Shown here: piece by piece, positions 10,289 to 18,890 of the stretch
How the letters are laid out: the number at the start of each line of letters is the position of its first letter
How positions within the stretch are numbered: position 1 is the stretch's first letter
From: Bradymonadia bacterium
Lineage (GTDB): Bacteria > Myxococcota_A > Bradymonadia > UBA7976 > UBA1532
Direction of reading: 5' to 3'
NCBI GenBank assembly: GCA_046290225.1
Contig: JBKAGE010000079.1
Coordinates: 216,861 to 280,860, forward strand
Length of the DNA stretch: 64,000 nt
Made by a program: the position numbers and the translations under genes
Notes under the pieces: model-generated
What the model was told of the DNA's origin: nothing
The model's database searches: none
What the model saw: only the letters and a program-made list of their open reading frames with translations

Positions 10289-11461
10289 TCAACCGTGAAT
10301 GAGGTGGTGCAGCGCATCGCCCATTTGTCGGCCTTCGATGACGTTGAGGACGCTGAACGACTTCGCCCCGGTGTCATCGATCTGGAGCACCCAGTCATCC
10401 TCCAGCGCCCATGGGTTGAACGCCAGATCGGCCGCCGCCACCCATCGAGGCTGACAGGTCTTTCTGGGCATGGGCTCGAGATCAGGCCCTGGGCGGTCTG
10501 AGGTGCTCAGGATCGCGCCGTCAAGGCTGGTTCCGAGGCAAGTGGCCTGAGCGAAGTGTCCATGAAGCAGGCAAGCCCCATTGAGGCTGGCCCCCTGAAA
10601 GTTAGCCTGTGTGGCCGTCGCTCCGGTGAAGTCCGCGTGCATCAACTGCGCGCGATGCAGGGCCGCCTTCGACAGATCAGCGCGGGCGAAGCTGGCCTTC
10701 GACGCCTCCGTTTGGGTGAAGGTGCAGCCCACGAGGCGTGCGCCAGTCAGGCTGGCCCCACGTAGATCGGCTCTCTCGAAGGTCAGGCCGCTCAGGTTGG
10801 CCTCGTCGAGGCGGGCGTCGACGAGGTTGGCGATGTAGAAGCCAGCGACGTAGGGCCTCTTGCAGACCGTGAGATCCACACCCCGGAGATCTGCCCCCGA
10901 CAATGGGGCGCCAGTGAGGTAGTTGAACCCATCGCGAATCGCCTCGAGCAGCTGCGCGCGGTCAAAGCGGCTGGACGCGTCGAGGCCGGCCATGGGCCAC
11001 TCTGGCGCGCCCTGGAAGTCCACCACCGTGGCCCCGGACAGCCTCGCCCCCTGGAAGTGGGTGGAGAACAGCCTCGCTGATTGTATGTGAGCATCTACGA
11101 GGCACGCGTCCCCCAGCTGGGTGTGCACGAACTCTGCCCGATCGATGCGGGCACCCGTGAGATCAGCCCCCGTGAGATCAGTGTGGGCGAGGTCGGCGCC
11201 CGAAAGGTCTGCCCCTTTGAGACAGGCACCCCTCAGCCGGGCCCGGCCGAGTTTGGCCTTCACCAATGAAGCCCCCGTGAGATCGGCACCGTCGAGTTGA
11301 GCGCTCTTCAGGCTGGCGCCGTTCAAATCGACCTCTGACAGATCAGCGCCCTCGAGGCGCGCCCGGCCCAGCTTCAAGCGGCCCTTGCGATCTTGCTGGG
11401 GTGGTTTGCCCAGTAGGTCGTTGAGCGTGGAGATCGGATCTCGAAGCGAGGGTGTGCTCAT
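10289..11461 (-). CDS. Pentapeptide-repeat protein, paralog 1
   Basis: Many A(D/N)LxG repeats; start MSTPSLRDP chosen by alignment with the paralog. Confidence 0.9.
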   Translation of the reverse strand: MSTPSLRDPISTLNDLLGKPPQQDRKGRLKLGRARLEGADLSEVDLNGASLKSAQLDGADLTGASLVKAKLGRARLRGACLKGADLSGADLAHTDLTGADLTGARIDRAEFVHTQLGDACLVDAHIQSARLFSTHFQGARLSGATVVDFQGAPEWPMAGLDASSRFDRAQLLEAIRDGFNYLTGAPLSGADLRGVDLTVCKRPYVAGFYIANLVDARLDEANLSGLTFERADLRGASLTGARLVGCTFTQTEASKASFARADLSKAALHRAQLMHADFTGATATQANFQGASLNGACLLHGHFAQATCLGTSLDGAILSTSDRPGPDLEPMPRKTCQPRWVAAADLAFNPWALEDDWVLQIDDTGAKSFSVLNVIEGRQMGDALHHLIHG

Positions 11462-11594
11462 GCTGTTCGCTCTAGTGTTTTGAATGGGTGCGTAAAGTCG
11501 TGACTGCAGTGGAGTGTGTCTATGTCCGAGTGCATGCTGTGAATGTGCGTGGTCAAGGCCACTGCACATCGCCGCATCAGCTTCGGGGGATCAA

Positions 11595-12767
11595 TCAACC
11601 GTGAATGAGGTGGTGCAGGGCGTCGCCCATCTGCTGAGCCAACTCAATGTCCTGAGTACCCCGAGTGTCATCGTCGATCACCAGCACCCAATCGTCGTCG
11701 AAGTGCCAGCGCGCCTCGTTGCCGTAGATGTTGTCCGGCAACTCTGCTGTGGGCATCCACCGAGCGCTGCAGCCCTCGGCGGGCAGGCGCACTCGGTCGT
11801 CGCCTGGACGCTCAGCCAACTTGAGGAGCACCTGCGCCAGATGGGTGTCGAAGAGGTTGGCCTGCGAAAAGTGGCTGTGGGTCAAACAGCTGCCGAAGAG
11901 CGTGCTCCCTTGAAAGTTCGCTCTGGTGAAGATGGCGTCGGTGAAGTTGGCCCCCATCATCCCCGCGCTGCGCATGACCGCATCGGTGAGATCAGCCCCA
12001 GCGAAGTTCGTCCCGTAGCACGTCGTTTGAAAGAAGGTGCATCCCACGAGCCGCGCCTTCGACAAATCGGCCCGGCGGAGCGATGAGTTCTCAAAGGTGA
12101 GGCCGCTCAGGTTCGCGCCGTCGAGGTGTGACTCGGTGAGGTCGACGAAGGAGAGCGTGCTTGAGCCATCGCCGGTGAGATCTACGCCCCGAAGATCGAC
12201 CCTCGGCAGAGGGGCGCCCTTGAGGTGGGTGTACCCATCACGGATCGCCGCAACGAGCAGATCAAGGCGGAAGCACCCAGAGGCGTCGAGGCCTGCCATG
12301 GGCCACAGCGGCGTGCCGTCGAAGGAGGTCACCTCCGCGCCGGAGAGGCTCGCCCCCTCGAATCGAGGTACGTAGAGATCCGCAGATCGCATCCGCGCAC
12401 CCTTGAGGCGCGCATTGGAGAGGTTGGTCCCGTGCAACCGCGCGCCGTCCATGTGTGCGTCTGTGAGATCGGCATCGCTGAGCTCTGCGTTGCTGAGATC
12501 GGCGCCGGAGAGGTCGGCACCTCGCAGACAGGCACCGTACAGACGGGCACCGCTGAGATCCGCTTTCGCCAAGGAGGCACCAGAGAGATCGGCGTTGTCG
12601 AACCGCGCAGCGCCGAGGTTCGCCCCGCTCAAATCCACCTCTGAGAGATCAGCTTTTCTGAAGCTGATGCCCCGCACATTCAACTGACCCTTGCGGTTGC
12701 GCTTGGGGGGCTTTCCCTTGAGTGCTGTGAGCACAGTGACCGGATCTCGAAGGGAGGAGGTGCTCAT
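11595..12767 (-). CDS. Pentapeptide-repeat protein, paralog 2
   Basis: A(D/N)LSG repeats with the same N- and C-terminal motifs as paralog 1; alternative ATG at 12776. Confidence 0.9.
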   Translation of the reverse strand: MSTSSLRDPVTVLTALKGKPPKRNRKGQLNVRGISFRKADLSEVDLSGANLGAARFDNADLSGASLAKADLSGARLYGACLRGADLSGADLSNAELSDADLTDAHMDGARLHGTNLSNARLKGARMRSADLYVPRFEGASLSGAEVTSFDGTPLWPMAGLDASGCFRLDLLVAAIRDGYTHLKGAPLPRVDLRGVDLTGDGSSTLSFVDLTESHLDGANLSGLTFENSSLRRADLSKARLVGCTFFQTTCYGTNFAGADLTDAVMRSAGMMGANFTDAIFTRANFQGSTLFGSCLTHSHFSQANLFDTHLAQVLLKLAERPGDDRVRLPAEGCSARWMPTAELPDNIYGNEARWHFDDDWVLVIDDDTRGTQDIELAQQMGDALHHLIHG

Positions 12768-12896
12768 TGCTGTCATTTTAATTACTCAAATTGATTGAGG
12801 AACACGCTATATCAATGCAGTATCGTCTCATCAAGGTGTAGCTCGTTAAATATCATGGTGCTCGCAGTGTGATGAACTCGACCGAGTGAGGCATGG

Positions 12897-14333
12897 ATGG
12901 ATCCCTGGCGCTTCTCTGAAAAAGTCGACCCTTCCCAAGACTTCATGTTGCTCACGGCCCTCAGTCAAGGCCTCGCGGGCGCTGGCCGGTGGCCCATGCT
13001 CGCTCGACGGATTCTGAGGGCTCTGCAGCCTATGGTGCACGGCGTCGAAATCGGCCGCCTTGAGCACTTTGGCGCCCCTGTGGCTGCGGGCCACCGCGTC
13101 GATCGCTGGGGGCGTTGGGACACCGAGCGCCACCAGGACGCGTCACTGTGGGCGGCCGCTCAGGAAGAGGGTCGCCCGATCACTCGGGGGGTCAACCACG
13201 ATCACATCGGCCCGGAGCTCCACCCGTGGCAGCCCGTGGGCACTGCCCACATCATCCTCGCCGCCTCTGTCCACATCGTGGGCCTGCATGATGGCTATGT
13301 GGTGTTGCACCTCGGGCCCGAGGCTCAGGGCAGCCCGCTGATGAATCCACAGTGTATCGACGTCGTGGTGCAGATGATCACCGCCGCGATGGTGGTGGCC
13401 CGACGAGAGCACCGAGTGGCCACCCGGTGTCGCTTGGCCCATCAGCGGGTGCGGGTGCAACAACAGCGCATCGAGGTCGAAACCCAGCCATGGGGGCTCC
13501 GAGGTCACAGTCCGTTGATCGAGGGTGTACGTGGGCGAGCTCGGCAGATGGCTCAACTCCATCAACCTGGTCTGATCACCGGAGAAGTGGGTTGCGGGCA
13601 CTGGGCCGCAGCGCAATACGTGCATCAGATCAGCAGGCGCGCGAGTCGGCCAATTGTTCGGTTTTCGTGTGCTGGCCTGCCTGCCTCAGGTGAGATCAAC
13701 GCGTTGTGTGGTGCCGAGGGTCCCTTGAGCCAACCCCACGGGGGCACCGTGGTGCTTGAGGGGGTCGAGGCGTTGAGCCCGGGGGCGCAGCTCTCCCTCG
13801 CTCAACAACTCGCTGACAGAGAGGCGCCGCTCCCAGCGATCATCGCCACCACCAGCACCTTCGACGCCTTGAGGCCGGAGCTGGCGTGGGCGCTGGCCAC
13901 GGTGCATGTGCACCTGCCATCCCTCGCCGAGCGCGCCGTCGATGTCCCCGACATCGTCGAGGCGTGGCTGTTGCGGTGGGCGAGCAAGCGCCAGCGGGCG
14001 CTGCCGAGGGTACCTCAGGCCGTGCTCGACCACCTGCGGCGTCATCCCTGGCCGGGGAACCTGGCCGAGCTCGAAGGGGCCCTGACGCGCGCCCTCGCCG
14101 TGGGCCACAACGGGGAGCTTGGGCTGCCCGATCTCGGTCCGCCGCCGAGTCCGGAGACTCCAGTACAGACATTTGAAGAAGCGGTGAAGTCGTGCATCAC
14201 GGCGGCGCTGAAGGCCACAGGAGGGTCGATCTATGGCCCGGACGGCGCCGCTGCGATGTTGGGGCTCAACCCCAGCACGCTGCAGAGCAAGATGCGCAAG
14301 TACCGCATCAGGCGAGCACCGTTCACGCAGTAA
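12897..14333 (+). CDS. Degenerate sigma54-activator-like (FhlA/Fis-HTH) transcriptional regulator
   Basis: LITGEVGCG, HPWPGNLAELE and a C-terminal HTH (YGPDGAAAMLGLNPSTLQSKMRK); no GAFTGA. Confidence 0.85.
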   Translation: MDPWRFSEKVDPSQDFMLLTALSQGLAGAGRWPMLARRILRALQPMVHGVEIGRLEHFGAPVAAGHRVDRWGRWDTERHQDASLWAAAQEEGRPITRGVNHDHIGPELHPWQPVGTAHIILAASVHIVGLHDGYVVLHLGPEAQGSPLMNPQCIDVVVQMITAAMVVARREHRVATRCRLAHQRVRVQQQRIEVETQPWGLRGHSPLIEGVRGRARQMAQLHQPGLITGEVGCGHWAAAQYVHQISRRASRPIVRFSCAGLPASGEINALCGAEGPLSQPHGGTVVLEGVEALSPGAQLSLAQQLADREAPLPAIIATTSTFDALRPELAWALATVHVHLPSLAERAVDVPDIVEAWLLRWASKRQRALPRVPQAVLDHLRRHPWPGNLAELEGALTRALAVGHNGELGLPDLGPPPSPETPVQTFEEAVKSCITAALKATGGSIYGPDGAAAMLGLNPSTLQSKMRKYRIRRAPFTQ

Positions 14334-14342
14334 AGGCGTTGA

Positions 14343-16715
14343 TCAGAGCTGCTCGAGGAACTCGATCAGCGTGCCGCGATCTTCGGCGGTGAGGGCCTCG
14401 TAGGCCACCCGAGCAGCTTCGCCCTCGGCGAAGTGGGCCATGATGGCGGCGTCGAGGTTGGAGGCGCTGCCGTCGTGCATGTAGGGCGCAGTGTCGCTGA
14501 TGCCCCACAGGGGCGGCGTGCGGTAGAGGCGGGGCTCGATGCCCGCCTCGACGATGCCTGTGTGGTTCATCGACACCACATCGTGGAGCAGCAGGTCGGA
14601 GAACAGGTTCACCGGCCCGTCGGCGCCGGGCAGGGCAGGGGTGTGGCAGTCGGCACAGCCCACCTGCTCGAAGATCGACAGACCCTTCTCGCTGGGCGTC
14701 GACTTCGGCGCCGGGGCCCCAAGGTGCTCCATGAAGAAGGCCAGATCGTCGAGCATCTCGGGCTCAGCCTCGGGATCAGCCTCGCCATCAGCGTCTTCGA
14801 GGAAGCCGAAGGTGAAGCCCTCTTCCTCGGGTACGGTGAGGCCCAGCTCGTTGCTCATGGCGTCGCGGATGAACTCCTTGATGCTCGGGACACCGGCCTT
14901 CCAGCCGAAGCGCCCCAGCCGGCCATCGGCCAGATAGTGAGCGACACCCCTGATGCCGTCGCCGTCGAGATCTTCGGGATCTGCGTTGGCCACGATGGCC
15001 TCTTCGGAGATGCTCTCGATGAGGCCCAGGCCCAGAGTGGTGGGGGTCTGACGGGGCTCGAACACATTGTGCCCCGTTCCGTGCTCTCGCCGCCGCAGGT
15101 GCGGGTCGGACAGTTTCGCCAGCAGCGTGCCGTACTCAGGTGAGATGAACTCACCCTCGTCGTCGAAAGTGCCCGTGCGCATCACGTTCACTCCGATGGG
15201 GCCCGCCCCACCGATGATGGGATCGAAGTGGCAGGCGCGGCAGCTGTCGCCGTTGAAGTAGGGGCCCAGGCCGTCCTTGCGGAAGAACTCGCGATCGTAC
15301 ACAGCCCGGCCGCGGATCCACTTCTCCTCCTCCACCGAGGTGAGAGGGCGGGTGGGGCCACCGGTGGCTCCGACCTCGGGAACGGGGGTCTCGGGATGCA
15401 GCATGCCGCCGTCCACCTCGCTGCGGCCGCCGAGGCTCAGCAGAAACTCTTCGAGATCGGTCTTCTGATCCGCCTCGAGCTCCATGTAGGCCTTACGGGC
15501 CCGCTCACCCTCACCGCCGTGGGCCATGATGGCCTCTTCGATGGTGTCGGCGCGGCCGTCGGACATGTAGGGGGCATTCGCCGCGAGGCCCCAGAGGGGC
15601 TGGGTGCGGAACTCGCTGGCAGTGGCCAGGCCCATCTCGATGCCGTCGCCGTTCTCCTCGCCCATGTCGTGGAGCAGCAGGTCGGAGTAGAGGGGCACCA
15701 GACCCCGAGGACCCTCGAGGGTGGGCACGTGGCAGCTGGCGCAGCCGATCTCGGTGAAGTAGGTCAGCCCACGCTCGGTTTGCGCCGTGGGCGCGTCGGG
15801 CACTGGTGCTGCCAGGAGCATGGCCCAGCTGACGAGGGCGAAGAGATCGTCGTTCGACAGCTCGGGATCAGGCACGTCGTCATCGTCGAAGAGCGGCGTA
15901 CCGGGGGCTGCAGCCTGGGCTTGGGTCACCACACCAAAGGCGAGGCCCTGCTCCATGGTGCCGAAGTTCCCGTCAGCGTTGGAGGGCACCGGCAGGCGGG
16001 CGCGCTCGTCCTCGGTGAGGGGGTTCGAGGTGATGCCGGCGTGGTTGTTCAAGGGGCCGCGGATGAAGCCCTCGATGTTCGCCGTCTGCGACTTGGTGCC
16101 GAAGCGGCCCAGAAAGCCGTCGGAGTAGTTCGGACGACCACTGACACCGTCGCCATCGGCATCATCCGGATCAGCGTTGGCCAGAATGACCTCATCGGGC
16201 AGCTCGGCGATGAGGCCGATCCCGAAGAAGGGGATCGGGTTGCGTTGAGCAGAGACGTTCACGACCTCTGGCACCCGGGGGCGGGTCACGCCGTCGACGG
16301 TGCCGTAGCTGCTCACCACACCGCCGCGCTCTTCGGGCACCGGTAGATAGGCACCGTCGGCGGTTTTCTCCGCGGTGATGTAGAAGTTGCGGTATCGGCC
16401 TGCGGTGCCGCCAAAGTCAGGCTTCTCGTGGCATGCTCCACAGAACGAGACGTTGAATTGAGGGCCGAGGCCCTCTTCAGGTGTGAAACGTCTTCGCGCC
16501 ACCTCGAGGCCTCTGTCGAAGACCTCTTTTTGCTCGGCGGTGGCGGCGGGCATGATCTCGCCGGGGCGAGCGAAGATGCCTTCGGCGATGGTCGCCTCGG
16601 GTTTCGTGGGGTCCGTGCTCTGTGTCTCGTCGTCACAGCCCACGAGGGCTGCCGAGAGGGTCATCATCCATACACCAGAAACCGCAAAGCGTCGCGTCAT
16701 GCTCAAACCTTTCAT
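14343..16715 (-). CDS. Di-heme oxidoreductase (DHOR/DUF1111-like) lipoprotein with two tandem domains and four CxxCH motifs
   Basis: Lipobox LVGC. The motif set GLGPxFN..C..CH / G(I/L)GLI / GRFG / SDLLLHD / RTxPLWG occurs twice. CxxCH motifs are CGACH, CASCH, CRACH and CADCH. Confidence 0.88.
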   Translation of the reverse strand: MKGLSMTRRFAVSGVWMMTLSAALVGCDDETQSTDPTKPEATIAEGIFARPGEIMPAATAEQKEVFDRGLEVARRRFTPEEGLGPQFNVSFCGACHEKPDFGGTAGRYRNFYITAEKTADGAYLPVPEERGGVVSSYGTVDGVTRPRVPEVVNVSAQRNPIPFFGIGLIAELPDEVILANADPDDADGDGVSGRPNYSDGFLGRFGTKSQTANIEGFIRGPLNNHAGITSNPLTEDERARLPVPSNADGNFGTMEQGLAFGVVTQAQAAAPGTPLFDDDDVPDPELSNDDLFALVSWAMLLAAPVPDAPTAQTERGLTYFTEIGCASCHVPTLEGPRGLVPLYSDLLLHDMGEENGDGIEMGLATASEFRTQPLWGLAANAPYMSDGRADTIEEAIMAHGGEGERARKAYMELEADQKTDLEEFLLSLGGRSEVDGGMLHPETPVPEVGATGGPTRPLTSVEEEKWIRGRAVYDREFFRKDGLGPYFNGDSCRACHFDPIIGGAGPIGVNVMRTGTFDDEGEFISPEYGTLLAKLSDPHLRRREHGTGHNVFEPRQTPTTLGLGLIESISEEAIVANADPEDLDGDGIRGVAHYLADGRLGRFGWKAGVPSIKEFIRDAMSNELGLTVPEEEGFTFGFLEDADGEADPEAEPEMLDDLAFFMEHLGAPAPKSTPSEKGLSIFEQVGCADCHTPALPGADGPVNLFSDLLLHDVVSMNHTGIVEAGIEPRLYRTPPLWGISDTAPYMHDGSASNLDAAIMAHFAEGEAARVAYEALTAEDRGTLIEFLEQL

Positions 16716-17746
16716 CAACGGCCCTCCAGCACGACACCTTCGTACGGCGGGGCCATGTCCAGGCTGCCGCCCACGGCGAAGAGGGTGCCCTCGGGGGACC
16801 CCCACACGGCGTGGAGCACCAGCAATGTACCGCTCTGATCCCGATCGAAATCAAACCCTTCTGCAATCCGGGCGGCGCTGCCCCGGTTACCGACCACCTG
16901 CACCTGCCCCGCAGCAGACATCCAGATGCCGTTGAGCCCTGGCAGGCCCGCCAGATCAGAGGTCTGCCAGGCGGTGCCGTCCCAGCGGGACAGCACACCA
17001 CCGGCGCGGCCACCGACAACAGCGATGTCGTCCGGCCCGGAACCCCAGAGGCTGATCAAATCTTCACCGGTGCCTGTGGTCTCCTGAGCCCACTCGGTGC
17101 CGTTGTAGCGCAGGAGCACCCCACGGCCGCCTACAGCAATTACGTTGTCGGGCCCCGTGCCCCAGACCTTGAACAGGGCCTTGGGGGCCGTGCGATCGAG
17201 GGCGGGCAGGGGCACCTGGCTCCAGGCGGTGCCGTCGAAGTGCAGAAGTACGGGCTGGGGCTCTTCGTCTGCAGGGCGCAGAGCATCCCCACCGACGGCC
17301 CACACATCATCAGGGGCCGCAGCCCAGACCCCCCACAACGGATCAGTGACGCCCGTGTCGGTGGCCTCGAAGTTGCCATCGCCGGTCTTGCGCAGTGCCC
17401 GACCGTTATTGCCCACCACCCAGAGGGTGTCTCCGGCACCATGCACCCAGTTGAGCAGGGGGCCGTCGGGCACATCGGAGGCTTTGGTCCAGCCATCGGC
17501 ATCACGGTGGTAGATCACCCCCGCCTCGGGCTGACCACCCACCGTCCACACGTCGGTCTCACTCGTGCCCCACACGCTCATGAACGTGCCTTCGTCACCG
17601 GGCTCGAAGCCCGCACCCCAGGTGACCTCTTCAGAGGTGCCCGCGTCGGGTGTCGTCTCGCTGCTTTCGTCGCTGCCGCAGGCTACGAGAGTGAGCAGAA
17701 GGGTGGTGAAACCGAAGGCTTTCAGATGGGTGTGTGTGAAGTGCAT
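16715..17746 (-). CDS. Lipoprotein with repeated 'VWG...DVWAVG' beta-propeller blades
   Basis: Lipobox LVAC and about 7 repeats of (V/L/I)WG/xxWxVG. Its stop overlaps the DHOR start (TGATG). Confidence 0.8.
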   Translation of the reverse strand: MHFTHTHLKAFGFTTLLLTLVACGSDESSETTPDAGTSEEVTWGAGFEPGDEGTFMSVWGTSETDVWTVGGQPEAGVIYHRDADGWTKASDVPDGPLLNWVHGAGDTLWVVGNNGRALRKTGDGNFEATDTGVTDPLWGVWAAAPDDVWAVGGDALRPADEEPQPVLLHFDGTAWSQVPLPALDRTAPKALFKVWGTGPDNVIAVGGRGVLLRYNGTEWAQETTGTGEDLISLWGSGPDDIAVVGGRAGGVLSRWDGTAWQTSDLAGLPGLNGIWMSAAGQVQVVGNRGSAARIAEGFDFDRDQSGTLLVLHAVWGSPEGTLFAVGGSLDMAPPYEGVVLEGR

Positions 17747-18021
17747 GAGCCCTTGTCGTGTGCCGTTGTTCATGGGTCAGAAGATAGCGGGAAATCAAAA
17801 AGGGGGTTCCCATCGGGGTGCAAGTTGTCGTACATGTAGGGTTTTTGGGGGCGGGGTGCGCGCGGGGGCCGTGACCACGAATCGTCCGACGTGCTTTCAT
17901 TGCATAGTTTCATAAAACGTTATGATTTCAGCTGTTATACGGCCTGTTGGTTTTTCTCTGCGCCTTTGACGGAATATCCGATGGCTTCTGATCGATGGAC
18001 TGTGGAAGAGCCATATAAAGG

Positions 18022-18759
18022 ATGATTGTCATGGGCAACCGTTTCTCTCCCCGATTCACTTTGTTGTCATGCCTGCTCACCAGCCTGCTCGGCGTGGGTC
18101 TCACCGGCTGTGGTGAAGAGCAAACCCCCGCTGATCCTCAGGCGAAGGTGGTCATGATGCACACCTCGGGGGTCTTGGGCGAGGTGGTCTTCAGAGTCAA
18201 CGATGAAGTGGTGGCCCGGTTGAGACCAGGGGCCATGACCGAGCCTGTCTCGTTGCCCGTGGGCCCCGTCGATTTGAGCATTCGCGCCCCTGGCGCAGCG
18301 ACCAATCTCATCGACGAGCGCATCGATCTCCGGGCTCAGCCCTATGTGGTGGCTGTGGTGGGCCAGCAGCTGAGCGATCTGCAGTTCTGGAAGGTGGACG
18401 AGCCGGCCCCTGATCTCGCTGAGGGCGAGTCTGCGCTCAAGGTGGTGAACCTCGATCACGCCGGCTACACCTACGATGTCTACGTCGAAGATGCTGAGGG
18501 GGTGCGCCGGCCTCTGGTGAAGGCGCTCGGATACAATGACGACTCTCGCTTCACCGAGCTCTCGCTGCCCACATCCGCTGTGGGGACGCCGGAGCATCTC
18601 AAGGTGCGTCTGCTGGGCTTCGACATCGGCGACAATCCCGAAGGCCGCCCGGAGATGTCCGTCGACCTGGAGCTGGTCGACGGGGTGCCCTACATGGCCC
18701 TGATTCAGAGTGATCCTCAGACGGACACCCCCTTCTTCTCCATCATCACTGCTCGCTGA
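18022..18759 (+). CDS. Lipoprotein, DUF4397-like
   Basis: Lipobox LTGC and two beta-rich halves (AKVVMMH..., LKVVNL...YDVYV). Confidence 0.65.
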   Translation: MIVMGNRFSPRFTLLSCLLTSLLGVGLTGCGEEQTPADPQAKVVMMHTSGVLGEVVFRVNDEVVARLRPGAMTEPVSLPVGPVDLSIRAPGAATNLIDERIDLRAQPYVVAVVGQQLSDLQFWKVDEPAPDLAEGESALKVVNLDHAGYTYDVYVEDAEGVRRPLVKALGYNDDSRFTELSLPTSAVGTPEHLKVRLLGFDIGDNPEGRPEMSVDLELVDGVPYMALIQSDPQTDTPFFSIITAR

Positions 18760-18890
18760 GTCTGCCCGGGCACCCTCCACATCACCGAGCCCCTCAGAAC
18801 GAGCCTGCCTCCGAACTCCGCGATTGCCCTGCCGTTCCCCTCGAGAATGATGATAAAACCACCTCGACGTGCGTCAGAGGAGAGGGACAT

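Noticed and set aside
12790..12816. FNR box (TTGAT...ATCAA)
   Set aside because: The spacer is 15 nt rather than 4; kept only as a generic inverted repeat.
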